A DNA stretch of 64,000 bases from the human T2T-CHM13v2.0 reference genome, Homo sapiens: NCBI RefSeq assembly GCF_009914755.1, contig NC_060946.1; one strand, given 5' to 3'. A program made the translations under genes and the position numbers. Of the stretch, positions 1 to 40,733 are shown in pieces. How positions within the stretch are numbered: the first letter of the stretch is position 1; each line of letters begins with the position of its first letter. The notes below the pieces were generated by a model. The model saw nothing but the letters and a program-made list of their open reading frames with translations, was not told the DNA's origin and ran no database searches.

Positions 1-20027
<20,027 letters not shown>

Positions 20028-20154
20028 GGCGAGGGACGCGGGGCGGCCCGAGGGGCGCGGGCGGGCTCCGCGGCTCGGGGACTCGAGGACGGCGCGCTCA
20101 TGGCCCGGCCCCGGCCCTGGACCGCGCACCCCGGACACCCCTGGTTCGCTCCGC

Positions 20155-20178
20155 GGCGGCGGCGGCGGCGGCGGCGGC
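20155..20178 (-). repeat. (GCC)8 trinucleotide repeat in the SBF1 5' leader
   Basis: Plus strand (ggc)8; the minus strand reads TGG (GCC)8 GCG GAG. Confidence 0.95.
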
Positions 20179-21039
20179 CCAGGCTCCCGCCGCCATCTTC
20201 CCAGCCAGCCGGCCCGCCCGGGCGCGCCGTGCGCCTGCGCGCTGTCGTCAAGCCCTGAGCGGGCGGGGCCTGCAACCGCGCATCTCCATTGGTCCAGCGG
20301 GTGGGAGGGCGGCTCCCGAGAGCAGCGCCCCGCCCATCGCTGACCACTCTGGGGCCCGAGCACCGCCCCTCGGGCCGGGCACCTGGACTACGGCTCCGGC
20401 GGGTCTGACGCCCTGACCCGGGTCGGCTGTGGTGTCGGCGGGAGGCATGGGCCAGGACCACAGCTGCCCTCGCCGTTGGGACTCCCCGCACAGGAGCCCG
20501 AACCCCACCCCTGGGCCGTCCCAATCTGGGGATCGGGTCCCCAGACTCCTCGTCCCCCGCCCCTCTCTGTCCAGCGGGAGAAAGGCGGGAGAAGCCTAGG
20601 CGCTGCCTACCGGGCCCCCCAAACTAGAAGTCAGAGGAGGCGCAGGGCCATCACCTCAGGGGCTGCCAGCCTGGCGATGGGGAACAGAGAGAGAATTCAG
20701 GCCCTGCCCTTGGGGTCCCAGGCTGAAGAGCCCCCATCTAGGCCAAGTGAGACATTTAACACAGCTTAAAAACGGCACGCTCATGTCCCCCTGTAAAGAG
20801 CAAATGTTCTAAGCGTGTGAGGCACATGAGGCCACGGAGCAGGGGGCTCTGGGAAAGCTGCATCCCCCAGGATCCCTGACAGTGCCCACCCCTCTCAAGG
20901 GCAGGGCTGGCCAGGGCCACCCCTGAAGTGGCTCAGGGATGAGCATGAGCCCAGAGCAGAACATGCTGGGAGAGAAGGTGCAGGAGCCAGCCTAGTGCAG
21001 CAGGGAAACCCCTCTGAGCACAGCAGGCCAAGGTCTGTT

Positions 21040-26185
<5,146 letters not shown>

Positions 26186-26219
26186 CTTTAAATCTGTTAC
26201 AAAAACCGTGCAATACTTT

Positions 26220-27250
26220 GGTCCGGGGTTGGAGCGGCCGAGGGTCGGTACAGCCTTTTAGGAGCGCAGCCCCGGGGTCGGCGGCACCGCGTCAGAGGAG
26301 AGCGGAATGGCCAGCCCGCTGCGGAATCCCGCGGACTTGCTGGTCAGGCTGGGGGGCCGGGGTCCACCGGGTCAGACCCTGGAGGGTGGGACCGCCCGGA
26401 CTCGGGAGGTGGTTGACGGGGTGGGCCCCGTCGGGTCCGAGTCCGCCCCAGCCGTGGGATCAGCTCGGACGACGGTTCGCCCCCCAGAACCCCGCTGCAG
26501 CGTGGGGAAGTCCGGCCCCCGCAGGCTCGGGGCTGCGTCCCCACCAGAAGGCGCTTGGAGTGAGGCTGGCGGTCCCGCGGTCCCGGGCCGGTCGCCGAGC
26601 GCTCCCAGCGGGGACAGGCCCCTCCACCGCTCCCTTCGCCGCAGCCCCCTCCCCGCCCCGAGGGTGGCTGGGCCCGGAGGAGGGGCGCCCCGCCCCGTCC
26701 GTGCATCCGGCTCCGCCCCTTGCTGGAAAGGCTACGTATTCAGCCCTGGAGGTGCCATCCCGGGCCGCGACTCCGCTCCAGGCAGGACCCCCAACCCGCC
26801 CAGCCCGCTCCGCCTTGCGCCCCGGACCCGCGGCCGACCCCAGACCCGCTGCCCGCTTCGCGCCCGAGGCCTGCGCCCCGACGGACGCCCGTGCCCAGCT
26901 TGCCACGCCCACGCCCGGCGCCCCGACCGCGGAGGACTCCCCGAGGTGCCGGCGGAGGGGGTGGCTCGCGGCTCAGGCTGCCCCCGACGTGCCCGGCTCA
27001 CCGCCCCCTCCCCTGCAGCCCCGCCCGCCATGGCCCGGATCCCGACGGCCGCCCTGGGTTGCATCAGCCTCCTCTGCCTGCAGCTCCCTGGCTCGCTGTC
27101 CCGCAGCCTGGGCGGGGACCCGCGACCCGTCAAACCCAGGTGAGTCCAGGTCTTGGGCCAGCCAACCCCTCTGGCCCCCGCAGGGAAGCAGAGTGCCGGG
27201 GGCCGCGGGGCCGCCCTCCCTCCACGCCTCCACCTGCTGCTAGGACTCCC
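26220..27250 (+). promoter_or_regulatory. ADM2 CpG-island promoter / 5' region
   Basis: CpG-dense with several ccgccc GC boxes, immediately upstream of and overlapping the ADM2 start. Confidence 0.85.
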
Positions 27251-28085
27251 CTCCCAAACAAAGGCCCCTACCCCAGGCTCAGGAGCGCCTGAGCAGGGCC
27301 AGAGGCCCCTCTTTCTCTGCCTCCCTACACAGGGCAGTTGCTCCTCCCCACACACATGGGCACAGCAGCCCCTCTTCTGGGGGTGTCTGCTGGGGGAGGG
27401 GAGGCTGGCGGTATCCCTGGCCGGCCTGTGACCACCCTAAAGGGAGGGCAGAAGCCGAGTCACCCTGAGCCCTGAGAGTGGTGACCCGCAGAGGCTGGGC
27501 CGCCGGGGTGCCCTTTGGCCAAGGAGGTGCCGGTTCCCGGGACACGTGACCCGGGCCACTGAGATGGTCCCAGGCCCAAGCCCAGAGGGGACGCGGGCTT
27601 CCCCTGGCCGTGCTCCAGGCTGTGTGTGGATGGGGGCTGTGGGCTTCCCCTGGCAGTGACCCAGGCCTGTGTAGAGGCAAAAGTGGGCAGGTGTGAGTTC
27701 TCCAAAAGGCTGAGCCATCTGGTTGACATTCTCCATCTGCCTCTGCAGGGAGCCCCCAGCCCGGAGCCCTTCCAGCAGCCTGCAGCCCAGGCACCCCGCA
27801 CCCCGACCTGTGGTCTGGAAGCTTCACCGGGCCCTCCAGGCACAGAGGGGTGCCGGCCTGGCCCCTGTTATGGGTCAGCCTCTCCGGGATGGTGGCCGCC
27901 AACACTCGGGCCCCCGAAGACACTCGGGCCCCCGCAGGACCCAAGCCCAGCTCCTGCGAGTGGGCTGTGTGCTGGGCACCTGCCAGGTGCAGAATCTCAG
28001 CCACCGCCTGTGGCAACTCATGGGACCGGCCGGCCGGCAGGACTCAGCTCCTGTGGACCCCAGCAGCCCCCACAGCTATGGCTGA
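27030..28085 (+). CDS. ADM2: Adrenomedullin 2 / intermedin prepropeptide, 148 aa (exons 27030-27139, 27749-28085)
   Basis: Kozak gccATGG and a signal peptide. The dibasic RR is followed by TQAQLLRVGCVLGTCQVQNLSHRLWQLMGPAGRQDSAPVDPSSPHSYG (calcitonin/CGRP-family Cys ring, C-terminal amidation Gly). Total 447 nt. Confidence 0.98.
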
Positions 28086-30068
28086 GGTGGGGCCGGGCCA
28101 CACCCCTGCCCATCCCAGCCAGGGTGCTGTGCCCCCGTCCAGAGCTGCAGCTGAGCCCCATCTGAAGCCCAGTCCCTCGGAGCTGCAGACAGCAGGTCCT
28201 GCAGCAACAATACCTGCACGGCTTTGCACACGTAAACCTAGGCTGGTCTACACGCAGTGCTGGTACGTCAAGGAGCCTAAACACCCTGAAATTGTGACCC
28301 CCTGGGGGACAGCTGCCAGACACAGCTGGCGGCAGCACCAGATGCTAAGCGCTTCAGAGAGGAGGTGTCTGCCCAGAGATGTGGAGCAGAAGCTGGGCCC
28401 TGAACACACGGGGCCATGTCTGGACGAGCAGGGGAGAGAGGCTGAACTGGCCAGAAGTGGCCCCTCCGCTGCTGGTCCAGTCAGACTGAAGCCCGGCCTT
28501 GTGCCTGGGCTGTTCCTGCTCTCATGCACAACCAGCCCTTCCACGTGCCTGCCTGTGGGACAGGAGGGGGAGCGTGGGATGCTGTAGCCCCCGGGGTTGG
28601 GCAAGGGAAGGATGGTGGCCCTCCAGAGGTCATGAAGGGACCTCTGTGGCTCCAGCTGCCAACCCTGGAGCCCAGACCGAGGTGGCCATGGAGACTCCAC
28701 CTGGATCCCCTGTAGGAGGCCAGGGAGGGGAACTCAGCAGTTCAGGAGCCACCCCAAACCATTCTGGGACAGGGACACCCCTTTCTACCCCAGGGCAGGG
28801 CAGGGCTGGGTGGGGCAAGATCCCCCAGCCCGACTAGACCCACCTCACCTGAAGGGGGTGAGACCCTTGTTGGCAGCCAGACAAGGGTGGGGCTCCACAG
28901 GCAGCACAGGCGCCCCACCACCACCCAGTTTGGGGACCCAGTGGGACCAGGTGCGGGGGCAGAGGGTGACTTACCAAGAGCCAGGGAGGGCAGCCCAGGC
29001 CCAAGTGACAGCAAGAACAAGAACCACTGCCGGCGTGCACAGACTTGGTGTGTGTCCTTCCCTGGGGGGACGGGGGACTCACATGTGCCTGCCACTGGAG
29101 CCTCTCAACCGTCCAGCAGAACACGGGGTTCAGAAAGGGCTCCTTCTGCTATTTAGCGAACACTGAGCATTTAATTTACAAATGTTTGCTAGGGTCACCC
29201 TCTCGGCCATCCCACGAGGGTCGCCATGATCACCCCAACTCTAGAGGCCGCAGCAGAGCTCAGGACATTCCCCCACAGAGCTTGCCCCTCAGTTCCTACC
29301 TCCAAGGGGGAGGGTCCTGGAAGCGCCCACCCAGGCGCCGCCCCTGTGCTTGCTCCCCGAGCTCAGGGATTGCCGAGTCCACGTAACTGACCTGTACTCC
29401 ACGAGGCCCTGTGGGAACGGTCCAGGCTGGTCCTGCCCTGTGGAGGCCTCCGTGCACTGAGAGATGTACTAGGATTGCAGCAAAGGTGGTCAGGGTGATG
29501 GGCCGCACAGCGAGGCAGTCAAGGCCAGCTCCCTGGGAGAAGCACTGGGTCAGGTGAGGTCTGAGGACAGCAGGCCTTCCCTAGGGGAAGGAGCTGGAAG
29601 TGCCAAGGCCCCAGGTGCACAGGAGGCGTGGCTGCTGAGAGGCTGCAGGGTGGAGGGGCCTCGGCCTCAGAGTCATGTGCCCTGTGACCACTGAAGGGTG
29701 TCAGCAGAGCACACGGCATGAGGACAGAGGGAGGGGCACGGGGAGTGAAGGAGGGGGCCCTGGGGCAAGGCTCGGGGGTCAGGAGCTCAGCGTCCGCTAC
29801 TCAGCCCAGCCAAAACCCTCCCAGACGTCTCCTCTCCTGCCTGGGCAAAGTCCAGCTTGGCACCCCGTCTGGGGCCTGCCTGTGGTCAGGGCCAAGTGTT
29901 CCCTCCTCCAGGAAAGCCTTTACCCTCCTCATGCCCTGTAGTCAGGAGGCCGCCTGCTGTAACCCTCCGTGTCGCCTCGGGTGCGAAATCAGACCCACCT
30001 GACACCATCACGCGGAGGCCCAGCAGCACCTGCACCCACTTCCAGCTGCTCTGGCCAAAATCTCCGCT

Positions 30069-30554
<486 letters not shown>

Positions 30555-31340
30555 TCACACCTTCCTCTGAATCCCACCCGGTCCCACCTCCTGAACCTAT
30601 CCAGACACCTTCTCCTGACCCAGGCACCACCTGCTTTCGGGGCGATGGCCGTAGCCTCCTCCCAGGCACCTGTCTGCATCCCTCTGGCCAGTGCATGCTG
30701 AGCACGTGACCTACCCGTGTTGGGACACGTGAGGATACAGCCTTGACCCCCAGGGGCTGACATTCTAGGGGGAGATAGAAGGAGACAAACGTAGAAGGTA
30801 GAATAAGTGGGTGGTGGAGTGGCAGGGAGTGCTGAGTGCCACAGGAAGTCAGACAAGGAAGGAGAGTGTGGGGCAGGTGCCGTTTAAATGGGGGGCGCTG
30901 GGGTCTCCTCACAGTTGCTTCTCAGCTCAGCTGTGCCAGGATCTTGTTGAGTCAGGTCAGCTGCCCACAGCCCTCTTGCCTGACCCCTGAAGCCCAGAAC
31001 TCTGATCTTCACAGCCCTAGGTATGGCCCCAGCACCCCACTGCCCTCTCTCCTGCCCCAGCCGACTGCTGTTCCCAGACTTCCCTGGCCACGCTCCAAGA
31101 CGCCAGCTCTGCCGCGGGCACTTTGTTCTCACGGTGTCCTCCATGCCTGCAGGGCCCATGCATGGGAAGTTGCGTTGGCGGCCTGGGTGTTGGCGGTTCC
31201 GTGCCTGCTCCAACTCTCCGTGAGGCCCCTCTCCCAGAGCCTGACACACTCTGTGGCCGAACTCTAGGCAGGTGCCCCTGAGTCCTTTCCTCGACGAGGC
31301 CTGACCCCATCCCCATCCTCGCTGGGCCCGCCGACCCCGG

Positions 31341-31649
31341 TGTTAGCAAGAATCCTCTAAATCAGTTTATGGAGAATTACCCACCCTCGATATCTGATCC
31401 CATTCCTCATCTCCCACCCTTGATCTCATCACCCTGCCGGCCTCCTGCAAGATCCTCATTGAGCCACTCCAGTGAGAATCCCCCTACCCTCGAAGGCCGC
31501 CCTAACAACTTCCCATCCGCTGACCCCTCCAACGCCATCAATCTCCAGCTGTGGTTGTTGAACTCGGAGGTGAGCTCCTCTCACCACTCTCTTGAATAAA
31601 GCTTTTCTCACCATTTTAACAAGTCCTCAGAATCATCTTTTCTTAACAA
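31341..31649 (+). mobile_element. ERV1-class LTR fragment (MER31-like)
   Basis: agcaagaatcct..tcagttta..gagaat..ccaccctcgatatctgatc ... gaataaagcttttctcaccattttaacaag...ttttcttaaca resembles my memory of MER31-type LTR consensus and ends in CA. The family assignment is not verified. Confidence 0.65.
31595..31600 (+). terminator. Probable ADM2 poly(A) signal AATAAA
   Basis: First AATAAA I found downstream of the ADM2 stop, implying a 3' UTR of about 3.5 kb. Confidence 0.75.
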
Positions 31650-31964
31650 GCTCCTGCCCCACCCAGAATCACGGGGGGCCTGGGGACAAGTTTTCACCTC
31701 CTGAGATCCAGTGGGGCAGCCGGGGAAGGGGTGGTGCAGAGGGGGCGTGTGCTTGAGGGTGGGGTCTTGGGTCTGCCCCTACTTGTGGGACCCCACAGAG
31801 GGGTCTAAGGCCAGGGCCCAAGTGGGAGGCTGGGCCCACAGATAACCCTAGGCAGGTCAGCGGCTCGGGACAGGAGTGTGAGGCTGAGTCAGGGCCAGAG
31901 GATGTGGGACTGCTGGGGGCTGCTGCTGTGCTGACACATTAACTCCCTGAGGCCGGGAGGAGGG

Positions 31965-32040
31965 TGGATGGTCATTTATTACTGCGGACACTTATGTAAC
32001 CTGGGGTGTATATAGGAGCCTGGCTGAGGACACACTCGCC
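31965..32040 (+). promoter_or_regulatory. MIOX TATA-type core promoter
   Basis: tatatag at 32009-32015, about 65 nt before the ATG; upstream ttatgtaac (31992-32000) and gtcatttattact (31971-31983). Confidence 0.75.
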
Positions 32041-32079
32041 AGCCTGTGCTTTGCCACCTGAGCGCCGCTCCCTCTCAGG

Positions 32080-35038
32080 ATGAAGGTGACGGTGGTGAGT
32101 ACCCAGACCCCATGCAGAGAGGCTCTGCTGACTGCTCTCCTGGTGGCCAGCCACTCCCGCCCTCTTCTAGCTGGCACTGGCCAGCCCTCCTCCTCCGTCC
32201 AGCTGGGCAAGAGCCAGCGGCTGCCGACCCCCAGGCTCCCTGTGGACTCAGTCTCCTCCCAAAGCCACTTCCACCCCTCAAGGGTGGCCATGGGTGCCGC
32301 TCAGGCGTGGTGTCCCCTGTACCCCGGAAGCAGACGTCTGCTGACTTTCGCTTTGCAGATGAGGACCTGGGAGTGAGAGCTCCTGGGACTCGCTGAGGCC
32401 AGGGCAGGGGCTGGGATGATGGCGCGGGAGAGGCTGTGTCCTCGCGTGTCACCCACCAGCCCTCGAGCAGAGGCAGGCTTGGAGTCTGCAGCCACCCTGG
32501 GAATGTCTGTGCTTCCTCGTGGAGCTGACATGATGGTGAAATAGGTTCAATCCTCCACCTACCCAGGGCCCAGACCCTTCCCTGGTCTACCGACCTGATG
32601 TGGACCCAGAGGTGGCCAAAGACAAGGCCAGCTTCCGGAACTACACGGTGAGTACCTTGCCGTCCTGCCCCCCTTCTCCCCCATCCACACCCTGGGGAGC
32701 AGCACTTGCCCTTCACACAGTTCCAGGGGGTGCCCTGTGGGAACTCCCACCCCCATCACACCCTGTGGGGCTGCCTGGGAGAGGGGAGGCATGGGGCCTC
32801 GTGTGCAGGGTGGGGGTGGCGCCACTGACCCTCCGGCCTGCAGTCAGGTCCCCTCCTGGACCGTGTCTTCACCACCTACAAGCTCATGCACACGCACCAG
32901 ACAGTGGACTTCGTCAGGAGCAAGGTAGGCGTTTCCTGCCGCCCCGTGCAAACGCGGAGGGACCCTTGCCCTCAGCCCCATGAGCCCACCAGGCGCCGAG
33001 GGGATGGAGAGGCCTGTGTGGTGGGCCTGCTGACCCTGGGCCACACTGCCTTCTCCTTCCCCGCCAGCATGCCCAGTTTGGGGGCTTCTCCTACAAGAAA
33101 ATGACAGTCATGGAGGCCGTGGACCTGCTGGATGGGCTGGTGGATGAGTCGGACCCGGACGTAGATTTCCCCAACTCCTTCCATGCCTTCCAGACAGCGG
33201 AGGGCATCCGGAAGGCCCACCCAGACAAGGGTGAGCCCTGGCTGTGCTGCAGGGGGGCAGGTGCTGCCTCCAAGGGGCAGAATGCAGCAGCCTGTAGGGT
33301 GGGAGGGGACAGTAGTGGGCCCAGGCCTCCTCCAGCAGCCCTGCCTGGGTTGGGGAGCAGGCCCTGGACCCTTCCTGGCTCTCAGCCCCGCAAACCTGCT
33401 CATCCTCTGCCTTGGCCCCTGCAGTCCCCAACCTGCCCTGTCCATCCCCCTCCCAGACTGGTTCCACCTCGTCGGGCTCCTGCACGACCTGGGGAAGGTC
33501 CTGGCCCTGTTCGGGGAGCCCCAGGTAAGAGTTGGAAGTGGAGGGTGAGGAGGCTGCATGTTGAGGCAAGGTGGGGGTGGAGTGGCCTTGGTGCTTGGCC
33601 TGGGATACTACCTGGGGGACAGGCCAGTGCACCCCCCACGGCCCCCCGACGGCTGCCTGTCCCTCTGGTGGCCTTGGTGCTTGGCCTGGGATACTACCTG
33701 GGGGACAGGCCAGTGCACCCCCCACGGCCCCCCCCACGGCTGCCTGTCCCTCTGGTGGCCTCGGTGCTTGGCCTGGGATACTACCTGGGGGACAGGCCAG
33801 TGCACCCCCCACGGCCTCCCCGCACCACTCCCCCCACGGCCCCCCATGGCCGCCTGTCCCTCCTGTCACTCTGCAGTGGGCGGTCGTCGGCGACACCTTC
33901 CCCCACTTCCCCCACGGCCCCCCATGGCTGCCTGTCCCTCCTGTCCCTCCTGTCCCTCCCATCCCTCCCGTCCCTCCTGTCCCTCCCGTCCCTCCCATCC
34001 CTCCTGTCCCTCTGCAGTGGGCAGTCATCGGCAACATCTTCCCCCACTCCCCCCATGGCCGCCCGTCCCTCCTGTCCCTCTGCAGTGGGCAGTCATCGGT
34101 GACACCTTCCCCCACTCCCCCCATGGCCGCCCGTCCCTCCTGTCCTTCTGCAGTGGGTGGTCATCGGCGACACCTTCCCCCACTCCCCCCATGGCCTCCC
34201 GTCCCTCCTGTCCCTCTGCAGTGGGCTGTCGTCGGCGACACCTTCCCCGTCGGATGCCGTCCGCAGGCCTCCGTGGTTTTCTGCGACTCCACCTTCCAGG
34301 ACAACCCTGACCTCCAGGATCCTCGATACAGGTGCTCCCTGCTGCTGAGGGCTGGGCCCCCTTCCCTGGGCGGCTGCTGAGCCCTCCTCACCCTGGTATC
34401 TCACTGCAGCACAGAGCTCGGGATGTATCAGCCCCACTGTGGGCTCGACAGGGTCCTCATGTCCTGGGGCCATGATGGTGAGGCCAGAGGCGGGCAGTGG
34501 GGCGGTGGGGGGCGGTGGGGGACGGTGGGGGGCGGTGGGGCAGAGGCAGTGCCTGCTGGTGACACCCTCTCCCCACAGAGTACATGTACCAGGTGATGAA
34601 GTTTAACAAGTTCTCACTGCCCCCTGAGGTAGGTGGGGGGAGGGGCAACGCAGCCCGTCCACCAGGCCCGGTCCTGCAGCCCCAAGTGAGCCGCTGGGTG
34701 GCCTTGCCCGCAGGCTTTCTACATGATCCGGTTCCACTCCTTCTACCCCTGGCACACGGGCCGCGACTACCAGCAGCTGTGCAGCCAGCAGGACCTGGCC
34801 ATGCTGCCCTGGGTGCGGGAGTTCAAGTACGCCCCGCTACCCGCCGAGGGGTGTTGTGGGAGTGAAAGAGGGGGTTGGGTGGGGGGCCTGGGGGTTCTTC
34901 ACGGGGCTCACCGCCCCTCCCTGCTGCAGCAAGTTCGACCTCTACACCAAGTGCCCGGACCTGCCGGACGTGGACAAGCTGCGGCCCTACTACCAGGGGC
35001 TCATTGACAAGTACTGCCCTGGCATCCTGAGCTGGTGA
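32080..35038 (+). CDS. MIOX: myo-inositol oxygenase, 285 aa (exons 32080-32094, 32567-32647, 32844-32924, 33068-33230, 33457-33524, 34222-34331, 34410-34477, 34579-34628, 34714-34826, 34930-35038)
   Basis: 858-nt in-frame GT-AG chain. HD di-iron motifs LVDESDPD, HAFQTAEGIR, LLHDLGK, WAVVGDTFPVGC, MSWGHDEY, IRFHSFYPWH, FDLYTK. Confidence 0.98.
33583..33840. repeat. MIOX intron 5 minisatellite A, about 3 x 86-87 bp
   Basis: tggcct(t/c)ggtgcttggcctgggatactacctgggggacaggccagtgcacccccc starts at 33583, 33669 and 33756. Confidence 0.92.
33841..34248. repeat. MIOX intron 5/exon 6 minisatellite B, 68-bp unit containing the 3' splice site, with an internal 9-bp (ccctcctgt)n expansion
   Basis: ctgcagtggg at 33871, 34012, 34080, 34148 and 34216 (the last is the real acceptor). 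Confidence 0.93.
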
Positions 35039-35200
35039 CCCTCCTGCCACCCAAGCTGCTGCTGGACCTAGGCCTGGCCCTCCGCCTGCCTGCAGAGGCC
35101 TGGCCCTGGGCAAACAGCCGCCATCAGGGTTCACCTCGGTGGGGGACCCCACTCACCCCCTTAGGGTCGCCACCCCTCACGGCAACTTGTGCCTGGCGTC

Positions 35201-35206
35201 AATAAA
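35201..35206 (+). terminator. MIOX poly(A) signal AATAAA
   Basis: About 160 nt after the stop, followed by GT-rich sequence. Confidence 0.88.
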
Positions 35207-35693
35207 GACCTGGAAGGATGTTGTGCTTCTGAAGCCCCACTGGGTGTTACTGCAGCAGGGCGTGGCCCAGGCCGAGGGATGGTGCCAGCAGGGTGGAGGC
35301 CAAGTCCCAGGCTTTCAGGTGTGTGTGTCCCACCACACTGGCCGTGGTAAACATCTGCCCATCCTCCCAGCTCCTGTGTCAGAGCCTGGGGGACGAGTCA
35401 CCCAGCTCACCCCCACATGCTCAAAACAGTCACCAAGTCCTCTGGGCTCCGTCCCCTTAAAAAATACCCCAATAGCTAAAATAATACATTCATAGAAAAC
35501 AACAAAAAACAAATGCAGGCTGGGCACAGCGGCTCACACCTATAATCCCAGCACTTTGGGAGGGCGAGGTGGGCGGATCACCTGAGGTCAGGGGTTCAAG
35601 ACCAGCCTGGCCAACATGGTGAAACCCCGTCTCTACTAAAAATACAAAAATTAGCCGGGCGTGGTGGTGGGCGCCTGTAATCCCAGCTATTCA

Positions 35694-35798
<105 letters not shown>

Positions 35799-36445
35799 TC
35801 AAAAAAAATAAATAAAATAAAATAAAACAAGTGCACAGTTTAAATGCTATAAAGCAAACACCTGCGGCCACCACCCCTGAACCGACTCTCCAGTACCCTC
35901 CGCATGCCCCGGGTGCGGCTCCCCGCACAGAGCAGCCCCTCCACAGGCTCTGCAGCCACCGTCCATCCTCTCTACATGGTTTTGTCACCCAGGCGTGCAG
36001 CCCTTGGTGCCAAAGAGTGGCCTCCCCTCCATCTTCTCTGAAATTCATCTCTGAAGAAAGTAGATTGTCCCAGGAAATTCGTCTTTGTGGGGATTCTGTA
36101 CCTGTTAACGTTTTCCTCTGAACTTCTGCCAATCGGTGCACGGATTTAGAGGCTTCCCCAGATCCTGTTTGGTTGGTTGTGGGCACGAGTGCTTTCAGGC
36201 AGTGGTGTTTCCTGAGGAAGAGGCATGCGGTGCCTGTCCTGAGTGTTGTCAGCGGGCAGCTGTGGGCGTTCAAGCTTATCCGGATCCCCCACTCCCCTGG
36301 GTATGGAACAGCCCAGGTCACTTTCTGTCCTCGTCCGCCGCAGGGAACACTTCAGGAAGTGGAAGTTGCCTCCCACGTGCTCTTTGGCTACACAGTGGCA
36401 CTGTTCGTATAGAAAGGCAGGTCGATGTTTCAGTCCTTCCCTTAA

Positions 36446-36706
<261 letters not shown>

Positions 36707-36762
36707 TGAGGTCAGGAGTTCGAAATCAGCCTGGCCAACATGGTGAAACCCAGTCTCTACTA

Positions 36763-40165
<3,403 letters not shown>

Positions 40166-40228
40166 GGCCAGGCGCAGTGGCTCAGGCCTGTAATTCCAGC
40201 ACTTTGGGAGGCCGAGGCTGGTGGATCA

Positions 40229-40480
<252 letters not shown>

Positions 40481-40484
40481 CTAA

Positions 40485-40733
<249 letters not shown>

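Noticed and set aside
26307-27143. 278-aa ORF in frame with the ADM2 start (possible N-terminal extension)
   Set aside because: CpG-island sequence with several frames open; the upstream ATG probably precedes the TSS and an extension would bury the signal peptide.
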